From Nitrososphaerota archaeon (GTDB lineage: Archaea > Thermoproteota > EX4484-205 > JAAOZP01): a stretch of DNA of 64,000 nt. The notes under the pieces were generated by a model. The model had not been told where the DNA came from. It was given only the letters and a program-made list of their open reading frames with translations, and did not search any database. Positions 1-10,150 of this stretch are shown one piece after another. The stretch is taken from NCBI GenBank assembly GCA_011605725.1, contig JAAOZP010000012.1:160001-224000 (forward strand). The letters run 5' to 3'. Made by a program: the position numbers and the translations under genes. The number at the start of each line of letters is the position of its first letter. The stretch's first letter is position 1.

Positions 1-357
1 GAAATAATGAGTGAACTTGGAGATGTTAAACCTATTGAGAAGACGAGTTTCAGCTGTTTCGGTTCTCAAGAATTCAAGAATACTTTGAGAATGTTGAGAG
101 TAAAAACTTTAATAATTGTCGGCATAGAGGCGCATGTCTGCGTAATGCAGACGGCGCTTGAAGCCCCGAGGAAAATAAGAGTCTGCGTCGTGGCTGACGC
201 AGTCTCTTCCCGTGCAATCGGAAACATCCATCTAGCTTTGCAAAGGATGAGGGATTCCGGAATCATAATTTCTTCCACAGAAATGGCGATGTATGAATTG
301 TTAAGGGATTCGAAGTCGAGAATGTTCAGAGAAGTGAGGGAGCTCTTAAAAGCATGA
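1..357 (+). CDS. Isochorismatase-family cysteine hydrolase, 5'-partial
   Basis: IEKTSFSCF and GIEAHVCVMQTA motifs; frame is open to the window edge. Confidence 0.85.
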   Translation, partial: EIMSELGDVKPIEKTSFSCFGSQEFKNTLRMLRVKTLIIVGIEAHVCVMQTALEAPRKIRVCVVADAVSSRAIGNIHLALQRMRDSGIIISSTEMAMYELLRDSKSRMFREVRELLKA

Positions 358-391
358 CACTAATCTTTAAATCAGGAAAACAGTGCTTCGA

Positions 392-1138
392 ATGGTGATG
401 CAGACGGGTAAAAGGCGGATAGTGGATGCAAACACCGTCTTCGGAGCATATCCCAAAAGAAAAACAGACGTTTCGCTTAAAAATCTTCTCAAGATAATGG
501 ATGTTAACAGGGTTGAAAAAGCTTTAACAACCTCCCTGAAAGGAGCTTTCTACAGCTATGAAGAAGGAAACGAGGAAACCCTTAAAGCATGTAGAGCCAA
601 CAATAGGCTTATTCCCCTAGCTACAGTCGACCCTAGAAGATTCGCCGGTGACCGGGGGGAAATTGAGAACCTTGTTGGAAGCGGTTTTAAAGGAATCAGG
701 CTTTTCAAGGATATTCAAGGCTATCCGCTTGACTATTCTCCATTAATCGAAATTATTGAAAGCATGAATGGGTTGGGAGTACCACTTCTTGTCCCCTGCA
801 ACGAATACGGGTGTATAACACTCCTTTCAAGACTCACTGCAGGAAAGGAGTATCCGGTTATAGTTCTCGGATGCACGTATTCTCTCCTAAGCGAGTTCAT
901 AGTTTCAGCCAGGAGGAATAGAAACCTGTATGTTGAAACTCGTCTTCTAACTTCTTCCGACGCTATTGAGGTTCTTGCTGAAAAAGTTGGAGCAGATAGG
1001 CTAATATTCGGCTCCGGAATCCTTCTTGAGTATTTTCAGGCATCCTACAGGATGGTTGAATCAGCCAGAATCCGTGATGAAGACAAGGACTTGATTCTTT
1101 CTGGAAACATCCTTAGGATTATTAAGGAGGCTTGTTGA
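392..1138 (+). CDS. Amidohydrolase_2-family TIM-barrel protein with degenerate metal site
   Basis: Family pattern (IVD-x-N, GFKGIRL, VGADRLIFGS, ILSGN) but the HxH and the Asp of GSD are missing; start 392 or 398 chosen from TATA at ~365-372. Confidence 0.75.
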   Translation: MVMQTGKRRIVDANTVFGAYPKRKTDVSLKNLLKIMDVNRVEKALTTSLKGAFYSYEEGNEETLKACRANNRLIPLATVDPRRFAGDRGEIENLVGSGFKGIRLFKDIQGYPLDYSPLIEIIESMNGLGVPLLVPCNEYGCITLLSRLTAGKEYPVIVLGCTYSLLSEFIVSARRNRNLYVETRLLTSSDAIEVLAEKVGADRLIFGSGILLEYFQASYRMVESARIRDEDKDLILSGNILRIIKEAC

Positions 1139-1139
1139 A

Positions 1140-1892
1140 ATGCGCATTATAGACATACATGCTCACTACGGTGAATGGTTCTTTCCGATCTACAGGTCGT
1201 CGAAAAAGAGCATAGTGGAGATGATGAATCATCACGATATTGAGGCGGTAATCCTATCCTCCAGCAAGGCAATAACTTACGACATGGTGGAGGGAAACAT
1301 GGATTTAGACATGATCCTTGATTCAAACAAGGGTTTATACGGCTACGTGTATGTTAACCCAAACTATCCGGAGCTCTCTAAGGCTGAAATCGAGAAGTAT
1401 CTTGCAAACCCGCTTTTCAAAGGTGTTGGCGAAATACATCCGGATTATTCCGGTCTCCCGGTGGATTCGGAGGAAAGCATTTCAATTCTAATAGAGGCAG
1501 CTGAATACCGGAAACCGTTTCTAATACATACTTACAGTTTGGAAAACGTGAGAGCACTTGTTGAACTCGTTAAAAAGTTTCCAGACAACGTGTTCATAGC
1601 GGGACATATGGGTGGAACGGTTGCGTCTGGAACAGGGTTAAGCTGGAAGAAGGCTATTGATGCCGCTAAAGAGTACTCCAACCTTTACCTAGAGATATGT
1701 ATGACGCTTTTTGAAAAGGGTAAGCTTGAGGAGGCTGTTGACAAAGCAGGTGCCGACAAGATCATGTTTGGCAGCGACCTAACATTGTTAAACCCTGCCC
1801 ACACGATCGGAATGATCCTAAGCGCAGAGATCTCGAGAAACGATAGAGAAAAAATATTCTATTTAAACGCTAAAAGGGTTTTCAGGCTTTAG
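1140..1892 (+). CDS. Amidohydrolase_2-family metal-dependent hydrolase
   Basis: IIDIHAH, EIHP, LIH, GHMGG and MFGSD motifs. Confidence 0.9.
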   Translation: MRIIDIHAHYGEWFFPIYRSSKKSIVEMMNHHDIEAVILSSSKAITYDMVEGNMDLDMILDSNKGLYGYVYVNPNYPELSKAEIEKYLANPLFKGVGEIHPDYSGLPVDSEESISILIEAAEYRKPFLIHTYSLENVRALVELVKKFPDNVFIAGHMGGTVASGTGLSWKKAIDAAKEYSNLYLEICMTLFEKGKLEEAVDKAGADKIMFGSDLTLLNPAHTIGMILSAEISRNDREKIFYLNAKRVFRL

Positions 1893-3126
1893 GGTTTACC
1901 CTATAATAGCTGGCCACCTTGCGTATAGCCCTGAATATGTCGTTAACATCCTCGTCAGTGTAAAACTCGTTCACAGGTATTGTTATCAGTTCTTTAAGAA
2001 CCTTCTCCGCATTCGGGCAATCTCCCTCCTTATACTGGATCCTCCGGTTGTAGCGCGGGCAATCGAAAGGACAATGAGAAGAACCATACGTAGCCTGATC
2101 CTTAAGAATGCTAAACATGTAAAGAGGCTTCTTAATGTATCCTGCGGAAGCAGGTATCCCCTCAGCCGAAACAGCTCTAGCAAACTCCCCAGGAGAAACC
2201 CTAATGGTTTTAGTATCGATTGTTAAAGGGTAAAGCCAGTATGAGTGTTTCGACCCAGGTATGATTTTTGGAGGGTTCACTCCTTCAACCTCGCTTAAAA
2301 GCTTCGTTAAAGCATCCCCAACCCTTCTTCTCCTAGCGACAATATCCTGCACCTTGCGCAGCTGGGCTAGTGCCACAGCACCCTGGAGTTCAGTCATCCT
2401 GTAATTCATGGCGAGGAAAAGATACCCCCTGTCTTCAGCCTGACCCCTAGGCCAGGCCTTATCCGCGAATAAACGTGCCCTCTCAGCAAGCTCATCATTA
2501 TTCGTAATAGTTATTCCACCGTCTCCACACGTCATCTGCTTCGACTGCTGGAGGCTGAAGCAGCCCAGATCACCCATTGTCCCAGCCAGCCTACCCTTGT
2601 ACTCTGCCAGGTGGGCTTGAGAAGCATCTTCAATCAAATAAAGCCCATGGTCCCTACAGATTTTAACAAGCGGGTCCATGTCGCAACACTGGCCGAACAG
2701 GTGTATAGCGATGACTGCAACAGTCCTGTCAGTTATTTTTCTCTCCACGTCCACAGGATCCAACCCGTAGGTTTTAGGGTTAATATCTGCGAAAACAGGT
2801 ATGCAGTTCTGCCAGAGAATTGGAACTATGCTCCCAATGTCGCTTATGGGGCCAGTGATTACCTCGGAGCAGGGTTCAGGGTTGATCGCCCCCAGAGCAA
2901 CATGGATCGAGGCTGTTCCAGAAGTCGAGGCAACACCATGCTTAACCCCGTATAGCTTTGCAAACTCCTTTTCAAAAGCTGAAACCTTTACCCCCCCAAC
3001 CCTGTTTAAATTACCGGACCAGATTACGTCAACAAGCTCCTTCATCTCCTCGCTTCCAATATCCCTCCTGCTCGGAAGCTCTTTCAACCTAGTTCTCGGA
3101 CCACCGTTAATAGCTAACTCTTCCAA
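1882..3126 (-). CDS. DegT/DnrJ/EryC1/StrS PLP-dependent sugar aminotransferase
   Basis: LAINGG start, SGTASIH, IEDASQAH, FSLQQSKQMTCGDGG (PLP lysine), NYRMTELQGA. Confidence 0.92.
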   Translation of the reverse strand: MEELAINGGPRTRLKELPSRRDIGSEEMKELVDVIWSGNLNRVGGVKVSAFEKEFAKLYGVKHGVASTSGTASIHVALGAINPEPCSEVITGPISDIGSIVPILWQNCIPVFADINPKTYGLDPVDVERKITDRTVAVIAIHLFGQCCDMDPLVKICRDHGLYLIEDASQAHLAEYKGRLAGTMGDLGCFSLQQSKQMTCGDGGITITNNDELAERARLFADKAWPRGQAEDRGYLFLAMNYRMTELQGAVALAQLRKVQDIVARRRRVGDALTKLLSEVEGVNPPKIIPGSKHSYWLYPLTIDTKTIRVSPGEFARAVSAEGIPASAGYIKKPLYMFSILKDQATYGSSHCPFDCPRYNRRIQYKEGDCPNAEKVLKELITIPVNEFYTDEDVNDIFRAIRKVASYYRVNPKA

Positions 3127-3150
3127 CCTAAACTACTTTCCTCTCCCTGA

Positions 3151-3187
3151 TTCTATTAAAGGTTTCTAGGCTCGAAATCTTTATTAA
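3151..3187. promoter_or_regulatory. Back-to-back archaeal BRE/TATA promoters of divergent genes
   Basis: GAAATC-TTTATTAA on + strand, 24 nt before ATG 3212; GAAACC-TTTAATAG on - strand, ~26 nt before TTG 3126. Confidence 0.6.
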
Positions 3188-3211
3188 TCCACATGCTCCG
3201 GAGCCCGAAGC

Positions 3212-5455
3212 ATGGCGACTAAGAAAGAATACTTCGACTTTATTAAAAAGTATTATGAGGAACTATTAAGGAGTTACGAACATTCTTTGAAAGAATGGTT
3301 GAAAAGAATGGAAACCGCTGATTCCTTCGACCCGCCTATGGTTCCGGTTACACGTGCCCTCATCGAAGGCTTCCTCTACCGTGTTACAGGAAACAAGGAG
3401 TATGCTGAAAAAGCTAGGGAAGCAATGCTTACTTATCAGAAGCTACCCGACATAGTTCCGGATAATTTGAGAAGAATGCCTAAATACGCTGGAGGTGTCC
3501 GCCCAATGCTGAACTGGTTTGGAGGAGTTACCCTTTTCCTACGAGCCTATGAATTCATACTGGACAGCGGGGTTATAGGAAGGGAGGATAGAGAGGTTTT
3601 TAAGGAGATAGTTGGAAACAGTCTTGAACCATTCTTCTCCTTCCCAGAGTGGGGGCCGCATAACCGTGCGATTAAAAGAGGATTAGCATTAACTTATGCT
3701 GCAAAAATATTTCCAGACCATCCTGATGCTTCGAAATGGAGCAAGCTTGGAAAACTAATGGTGGAACCGAGCCTGAAACACTGGTCGCTTGAAGACAGTG
3801 AGCTCTACGTTCCAATCTGGTTTTCAGACCTACTTCTTTATCTGGATGTTACTGGAGACCGTGAAGTATTCGACTCACCCGTCATGAAGTATTATTTCCA
3901 TTATTTTACATACTTGCTCTGCCCGCTCGGAATGATCCCGGATTTTGGGGATGCGACATGGGGTGCAAACTCAGAGCTGTATTTAGCGATCCTGGAGAAG
4001 GGAGCCAGCGTTTATAGAGACCCCTACATGAAGTATGCTGCAGACAGAATCTTCAGGTTCGCCGTAAAGGAGAAAAGGCTAGGCGTCTACGCTATATTCG
4101 CATACCTCTGGTCAGACGACAATGTTGAAGCTAGGGTTCCGGAGTCCAACAGCCAGGAAGTTCTGGACGAAGTTATCGGTAAGAAGATTGTTTTCAGAGA
4201 AGGCTGGAACGAGAATGCAACATACATGCTTCTCAACTACATGGATGAGGGAGATATCGGCTGGTATTACAAGGAGCATTTGCGTAATACCCTCGTAGTA
4301 ACCGCGGAGAAAATGCATCACGGGCATGCTGATGAAAACTCTATTGTTGCTCTTGTGAAAAACAGCGCTTTCCTGCTTCACGACGGGGGTTATCGCGAGG
4401 CTCTGCCAAACGGGGCCTACAGGGCTGACGTTTATCATAACCGTATAGTAGTTCGACAGGGAAGACCAAAGGGTCAAAGGCTTTTCGAGTTTCTCCACGA
4501 TAAAGGGGTTTACCAGCCTGTTAGGACGAGAAGAGTTCATTTCAAAACATTCCGAGAAGTCGACGTTAGCAGAACCGAAGTAACAGATGATAAGAACGGG
4601 TATCATTGGGACAGGGTTATAACATACTTGAAGAATTTGAAGGCTTTTGTAATCCATGACGGAGTAAGGCTTCTAAAAGACGGCGAGTTCACAATCAGCA
4701 ATCTATTATGGACACAAAACATTCATGCTGGTGGTGAAGAATATTTTGACACTTCGATCGACCTAATAGGACTAGTTGGAGCAATGAGCAATATGAAGAT
4801 AACTCTTGAAGAAAGAAAACGTTTCGCATGGCCCAATAAGAAGGGTGAAAGACTCTTAATTTATTTCCAGCCGGATGGAAGCAAGAAACTAGGAGTCGAT
4901 GACGAGATGCGGTGTTACCTTCCTGAAAAATGCGTATACCAGACTTATTCGAATAGTTTTAAAAAAGGAGAGTACGTTTCCTTCACAACCTTCCTATGGC
5001 CCCACAGGGAGGACGAGGCTATTGAAGCTATGCTTAGCAAGCTTAAACAGGTTAAAGTAGACAAGTATCCGAATGCTACCGCTATAAGAATAGAGCAGCC
5101 CGACGGAGCAACATACGTGTGCGTTAAACACGATCTCTCCATCGGGCTAGTCAGGCCAGAGGTTAGACCAGTCTACACGTATGAAGCCGGGGAGATTCGA
5201 TACGACGAGTTTGCAACTGACGCAGCCTACCTTTACGCGAGGCTTAACAGTAACCTGCTAAAATACGCTTTCATAGACGGGATGAAGCTTAGGTTCAGAA
5301 ACATAATGGTCTTCTCCTCCGAAGAGCCGAGCATTATCGACCTTACTCACCGGCCAGACATTGACCGTAAAGGAACTTTTAAGACTGAGAAGGAATACTG
5401 GGAGTTCGAGCTTAAAACGAAGTGGGATTCCTGGGAAGACGAGACTAGTGTTTGA
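3212..5455 (+). CDS. Heparinase II/III-like (oligosaccharide lyase-fold) protein
   Basis: Helical N-half with HN and PDFGD; HHGHADENS and YHN motifs followed by a beta-rich C-half; no signal peptide. Confidence 0.6.
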   Translation: MATKKEYFDFIKKYYEELLRSYEHSLKEWLKRMETADSFDPPMVPVTRALIEGFLYRVTGNKEYAEKAREAMLTYQKLPDIVPDNLRRMPKYAGGVRPMLNWFGGVTLFLRAYEFILDSGVIGREDREVFKEIVGNSLEPFFSFPEWGPHNRAIKRGLALTYAAKIFPDHPDASKWSKLGKLMVEPSLKHWSLEDSELYVPIWFSDLLLYLDVTGDREVFDSPVMKYYFHYFTYLLCPLGMIPDFGDATWGANSELYLAILEKGASVYRDPYMKYAADRIFRFAVKEKRLGVYAIFAYLWSDDNVEARVPESNSQEVLDEVIGKKIVFREGWNENATYMLLNYMDEGDIGWYYKEHLRNTLVVTAEKMHHGHADENSIVALVKNSAFLLHDGGYREALPNGAYRADVYHNRIVVRQGRPKGQRLFEFLHDKGVYQPVRTRRVHFKTFREVDVSRTEVTDDKNGYHWDRVITYLKNLKAFVIHDGVRLLKDGEFTISNLLWTQNIHAGGEEYFDTSIDLIGLVGAMSNMKITLEERKRFAWPNKKGERLLIYFQPDGSKKLGVDDEMRCYLPEKCVYQTYSNSFKKGEYVSFTTFLWPHREDEAIEAMLSKLKQVKVDKYPNATAIRIEQPDGATYVCVKHDLSIGLVRPEVRPVYTYEAGEIRYDEFATDAAYLYARLNSNLLKYAFIDGMKLRFRNIMVFSSEEPSIIDLTHRPDIDRKGTFKTEKEYWEFELKTKWDSWEDETSV

Positions 5456-5595
5456 AACGCGTGAAAACATTAACCATAGCTGAACCCAGCGTACTAACTC
5501 TTCAACAACAGGTAAAAAGTCATACGGCTTTTTAGAAGCCCCCTATACTTGACTCCTAAAAACATATATGCAGGTCTCTTGTGCAGTGTTTTAAA

Positions 5596-6663
5596 ATGGC
5601 TCTAACATCACGGGAAAGAGTGTTGATGGCTCTTAAGCATAAGGAAGCTGACAGGATTCCGATACATGATAGCCCCTGGGGTGCTACTGTCGACAGGTGG
5701 AGGAGTGAAGGCCTACCCTCAGGCGTTTCACCCGCCGACTATTTTGGGTATGAGCTAGCCGGGTTCTCAGCCGACACTACTCCACAGCTTCCCGTTGAGG
5801 TAATCAGGGAGGATGAAGAGTACATAGTTGAAAAAGATTCTTACGGGGGGATTAGGAGAAACCATAGAGACAGGTCAACCACGCCAGAGATAATAGATTA
5901 TCCCTGTAAGAGCAGGGCTGACTGGGAGAAGCTTAAGCCCCGGCTTCAGCCGAGCGACTGGAGGGTTGACTGGGTTTCAACTTTCAACAATTACCATTAC
6001 CAGAGGAGCCTAGGCAGGTTCATAACTTACAACGCAGCTGTAGGGTTTGACAAGATTCAGAACTATGTCGCCACGACAAGGCTTTTGAAAGCAGTCGTAA
6101 TGGAGCCAGAGTGGGTGGTTGACATGTATTGGACAGACGCTAAGCTTGCAATGGAAATGTGTGAAAGAATGATGAGGGCAGGGTTAAAGTTTGACGGAGC
6201 ATTCCTCTTCTGCGACCTGGGTTATAAGAACGGCTTATTGTTCTCCCCGAAACACTATGAGCAGCAGCTTCACCCTGTTTTTAAAGAGCTCTGCAGGTTT
6301 TTCCACAGTAGAGACATGCCGGTCCTGCTTCACAGTTGCGGAAGGGTTAAGGACCTAATACCCTTCTTTATAGAGGAAGGCATTGACTGCTTGCAGCCGC
6401 TTGAAGTAAAGGCTGGCATGGACCTCGTCGAGCTTAAGGAGCGATACGGTGATAAGCTTTGCTTCATGGGAGGAATAGACGTGAGGCTGATGGCTTTAGA
6501 CGACCCTGCTCCACTCGAGGAGGAGATAAAACGGAAAATATCTTTCGCGAAGCAGGGTGGGGGATACATTTACCACTCAGACCACTCGATACCGAAAAAC
6601 GTGAGCTTCGCAAACTACAGGAGAGTCATAGAGCTGGTTAAGAAGCACGGAGCATACACTTAG
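5596..6663 (+). CDS. UroD/MtaA-like methyltransferase-family protein
   Basis: TSRERV...ADRIP start, CDLGYKNGLLFSP, LHSCG, QPLEVKAGMD, GGID, SDHSIP. Confidence 0.88.
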   Translation: MALTSRERVLMALKHKEADRIPIHDSPWGATVDRWRSEGLPSGVSPADYFGYELAGFSADTTPQLPVEVIREDEEYIVEKDSYGGIRRNHRDRSTTPEIIDYPCKSRADWEKLKPRLQPSDWRVDWVSTFNNYHYQRSLGRFITYNAAVGFDKIQNYVATTRLLKAVVMEPEWVVDMYWTDAKLAMEMCERMMRAGLKFDGAFLFCDLGYKNGLLFSPKHYEQQLHPVFKELCRFFHSRDMPVLLHSCGRVKDLIPFFIEEGIDCLQPLEVKAGMDLVELKERYGDKLCFMGGIDVRLMALDDPAPLEEEIKRKISFAKQGGGYIYHSDHSIPKNVSFANYRRVIELVKKHGAYT

Positions 6664-6706
6664 AAAGCTTCTGAGTCAGGCCTATTTGAATCGGAAGCCT
6701 CATGTT

Positions 6707-7942
6707 TCACTGAAGCACTCTTGGCGCAGCCGGAAGGTTTCCCCTAATCCATGGGTTTCCACTCGCTTCCTCAAGCGTCTTCATGTAGAGAGCCCTAGTT
6801 CTCTCAGCAATAGACCTCCAATCATACGTCTCAGCAACCTTTTTGAAAGCATTCTGCTTTAAACGCTCCGCCGTTTCAGGATTATCCAGCAAGTAGGAGA
6901 TCGCGCGGGACAACGAGTCTGAATCGTTAGCCTCCACCTTTAGGCCGTTCACATTATTCTCAACTATCTCCGAGAGACCCCCTACATCGGAAACTATCAC
7001 TGGAACCCCGGAAGCCATCGCCTCTAAAGCCACTATGCCAAAAGGCTCGTATAGACTTGGAAACACTGCTACTGTAGCACACTTGTAGAGTCGTCTGAGA
7101 GTCTCGTCATCCACATAGCCGGTGAAATGCGCTTTGGGAAAAATGTTTAATTGTCCCGCGACTCGCATCAGCTCCTCTTTATAATACCCTTCTCCAACCA
7201 CTACCAGTTTGGCTTCAGGATGAGAGTTCAGCACACTCGGCATCGCTCTTAAGAGCACGTCAACCCCTTTCTCCGGGACAAGCCTCCCAACATAAAGAAT
7301 GATCTTCTCGTTTTCTGCAGCGTATCGCGACCTGAAGTCCTTCAGACAGGAATAGCCGTTAAACTGATTTCTATCCACACCATTCGGTATCACTATTATC
7401 TTGTCGGAAGGCGTGTTGAAGAACCTTACTACTTCCTCCTTCATGTAATTACTGCAGCAAACCACTTTCCAAGACTCGTAGGTTAACCACCATTCTATCT
7501 GGTGTATCATTCTTTGGTAATCAGTGTGTAACCCGCGCCGCCTACCCTGCTCGGTTGAATGTATAGTGGATATGAGTGGGACCCTACACAGGTGTTTTAT
7601 CGATATCGCTGGTTTAGCGACAAGCCAGTCGTGCGCGTGAACAATGTCGACACGGCCCCACTCTTTAACCGTTTTCACAGCCTCGCGCTCCATATTGATG
7701 TTCATGAGGAGAACCCAAGATGCGAAATCCGGCGTCGGCGCAGTATAGGATTCAACTCTTTTCACAGTCATGTTTCCAAGCTTCTCCGTCTCAGGAGCCC
7801 CCGGATAATTACACGTGAGCAAGATTATTTCTACACCAATGTTCCGCAGCTCCTCGGTAAGATGCTTGACGTGCGTAGCTAATCCCCCGATTACACGGGG
7901 AGGATACTCCCAGGACAACATAAGAACCCTGAGTCTATCCAT
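6707..7942 (-). CDS. GT4 glycosyltransferase (archaeal glycogen synthase-like)
   Basis: SWEYPPRVIGGL, HAHDW, VGRLVPEKG, PSLYEPFGIVALEAMA. Confidence 0.92.
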   Translation of the reverse strand: MDRLRVLMLSWEYPPRVIGGLATHVKHLTEELRNIGVEIILLTCNYPGAPETEKLGNMTVKRVESYTAPTPDFASWVLLMNINMEREAVKTVKEWGRVDIVHAHDWLVAKPAISIKHLCRVPLISTIHSTEQGRRRGLHTDYQRMIHQIEWWLTYESWKVVCCSNYMKEEVVRFFNTPSDKIIVIPNGVDRNQFNGYSCLKDFRSRYAAENEKIILYVGRLVPEKGVDVLLRAMPSVLNSHPEAKLVVVGEGYYKEELMRVAGQLNIFPKAHFTGYVDDETLRRLYKCATVAVFPSLYEPFGIVALEAMASGVPVIVSDVGGLSEIVENNVNGLKVEANDSDSLSRAISYLLDNPETAERLKQNAFKKVAETYDWRSIAERTRALYMKTLEEASGNPWIRGNLPAAPRVLQ

Positions 7943-8549
7943 GGCTCTCAGAAACCTCCTCGTAAACCCTAATTAATTCTTCAACAGCATTCATACTGTT
8001 AAACTCCACTAGGTGCAGCTTTTTAACACACCAGGGATATAATGCTCTAATCATACTGTAGGTTGCTGCCGAGTGTGCCACAATGCGGTCTGCGAGACTC
8101 GCAGAGAACGATTCAACCCACTTAATAGTCTGACCTAGGAGGGAGAGATTAGAATGGGACCTGAGCTCCTCTAGAGACAGGAAACTTTGCACGTAAGGTG
8201 TTGGAACAGCCTCTTTTAATGAAATCAACGCTAGCGCGGAACTCCATTCGAAAGCATGAATTATATCAATACTAGGCTGCTCCCACAGTAAGTCAGCCAG
8301 TATTCTAGTGTACTCGCAGCTTAGGCTTGACGCCCAGGTAAAAGGGTTAACGTGGGACGAGACCTTGTTGGAAACATAGTATACCTTTACGCCACCCTTT
8401 ACTTCAAACCCGCTTCTCCAGTCGTCGAAAGCCATAACATTAACGTCAAACCCCTCATTCGAAAGAGACCTTGCTATAAAACTGACGATGTTCGAGAGCT
8501 CCCCCACTATGCGAGGAGGAAATTCAGTGGTTAGTAGAACAATCCTCAA
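7935..8549 (-). CDS. Stand-alone GT4 N-terminal (acceptor-binding) domain protein
   Basis: TEFPPRIVGEL and HAFEW parallel the neighbouring GT4; no GRL/EPFG domain; overlaps the downstream GT4 start by 8 nt. Confidence 0.75.
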   Translation of the reverse strand: MRIVLLTTEFPPRIVGELSNIVSFIARSLSNEGFDVNVMAFDDWRSGFEVKGGVKVYYVSNKVSSHVNPFTWASSLSCEYTRILADLLWEQPSIDIIHAFEWSSALALISLKEAVPTPYVQSFLSLEELRSHSNLSLLGQTIKWVESFSASLADRIVAHSAATYSMIRALYPWCVKKLHLVEFNSMNAVEELIRVYEEVSESHG

Positions 8550-8558
8550 CGTTACGCA

Positions 8559-8819
8559 TCACGAGAATAGGGATTCTATCTTTATCAGGCCTAGACCCGT
8601 CAAATGAAACTTCTTCCTACCAACCCGGTCCTGAAGAGACGCTACGTAGCCCCTACTAGCAAGGTCGAAAAGCCTATGAATCAATTCCTCTGGATTTATC
8701 ATAAGGATTTTAGCAACATCCTCAGCTTCCACCGCTTTCCCAGGTTCTACAGCCGCCAAGTTATGAAGCTGCAGAAGTATCTTTACATCAGCATCCTCGT
8801 AAGCATTGGGTTCAGCCAT
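8559..8819 (-). CDS. Small winged-helix DNA-binding protein
   Basis: 86 aa; KILLQL..AEDVAKILMI..LFDLASRGYV..KFHLTGLG wHTH pattern. Confidence 0.65.
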   Translation of the reverse strand: MAEPNAYEDADVKILLQLHNLAAVEPGKAVEAEDVAKILMINPEELIHRLFDLASRGYVASLQDRVGRKKFHLTGLGLIKIESLFS

Positions 8820-8878
8820 CTAAAATATGTTACTTCAAGCGCCCTATTTAAGCTTAAATAAAATCCTCTCATCCCGTA

Positions 8879-10150
8879 TTGAGGATGAAAGGAGTGGTAT
8901 TGTGCTTCGAAGTTCATCAGCCTTACAGGATAAGGCAAAGGATAGTAGAGCAGATAGCTTCAAAGCAAACAGTAAGGTTCAGAGACCTCGAGAAAATATA
9001 TTTTGACGAGGAGCTTAACAAACAGATATTCAAGAGGGTTTCGGAAAGATGTTATCTGCCGGCTGGCGAAGTCTTGACCAACATTATTGAGAGGCAGAAG
9101 TCTGACGATAGGGGGCTTAGAGTTGCTTTCAGTCTGAGCGGGCTCTTCATAGAGCAGGCTAGAAAATATGATGAAAGAGTGCTTCAAGCCTTCAGGGACC
9201 TCTCGGACACAGGTAGAGTTGAATTTTTAGCACAGACCTATTACCATTCTCTCGTAAGCCTCTACTCGGAGGAGAGGCCTGAGTTTATAGAGCAGGTTAT
9301 GAAGCATGTGAATGCTGTAGGTGAGGAGTTTAATAAGAAACCCACTGTTTTCGAAAACACTGAGCTCATCTATAACAATTCCATAGCTAGAACAGTTGAA
9401 AAAATGGGTTTTAAGGCTATTTTCACCGAAGGCGTTGAAAGAATTCTTGGCTGGAGGTCTCCGAACTACGTTTATTCCCCGAAAGGATTATCCCGCTTGA
9501 AGCTGCTTCTTAGAAACTATAGGCTCACCGACGACATAGGCTTCAGGTTTTCATCAACCAGGTGGGAACAGTATCCTTTGACCGCTGAAAAATACGCGTC
9601 ATGGCTTGCCGCCACACCTGGAGACTGCATCAACATATTCATGGATTATGAGACCTTCGGGGAACACCATTGGAAGGAAACCGGCATATTCGATTTTCTA
9701 AGAGCCCTGCCTGAGAAAGTACTCGAATACGAAAACCTTTCATTCATGCTTCCAAGCGAGGTAGTGGAACGCTTCGATGCGAGGGACGAGATAGATGTTT
9801 TCGAGCTTGGCGGAACCGTGTCTTGGGCTGACGAGGAAAAGGATTTGACAGCATGGCTGCAGAACCCGATGCAAATTTTTCTTTTCGAAAGAATCAAGGC
9901 TTTGGAGCCCATAGTGAAGACTGTTGGAGACACTTATGCTCTTGAGCTGTGGAGAAGGTTTACAACTAGCGACTATTACTATTATTTAAGCACTAAAACA
10001 GGGGGAGCTGGAGAAGTCCACAGCTATTTTAACCCATATCCTAATCCGTTGAACGCGTACAACAGCATGATGGAGGCGCTGCTTGACTTTGAACTACGAG
10101 TCCGAAGAGCGTACAACAGGAAGAGGCAGGATAGGAAAACCGTGTCTTAA
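8879..10150 (+). CDS. GH57 alpha-amylase
   Basis: FEVHQP, QTYYHSL, ENTELIY and MDYETFGEH conserved regions. Confidence 0.93.
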   Translation: MRMKGVVLCFEVHQPYRIRQRIVEQIASKQTVRFRDLEKIYFDEELNKQIFKRVSERCYLPAGEVLTNIIERQKSDDRGLRVAFSLSGLFIEQARKYDERVLQAFRDLSDTGRVEFLAQTYYHSLVSLYSEERPEFIEQVMKHVNAVGEEFNKKPTVFENTELIYNNSIARTVEKMGFKAIFTEGVERILGWRSPNYVYSPKGLSRLKLLLRNYRLTDDIGFRFSSTRWEQYPLTAEKYASWLAATPGDCINIFMDYETFGEHHWKETGIFDFLRALPEKVLEYENLSFMLPSEVVERFDARDEIDVFELGGTVSWADEEKDLTAWLQNPMQIFLFERIKALEPIVKTVGDTYALELWRRFTTSDYYYYLSTKTGGAGEVHSYFNPYPNPLNAYNSMMEALLDFELRVRRAYNRKRQDRKTVS

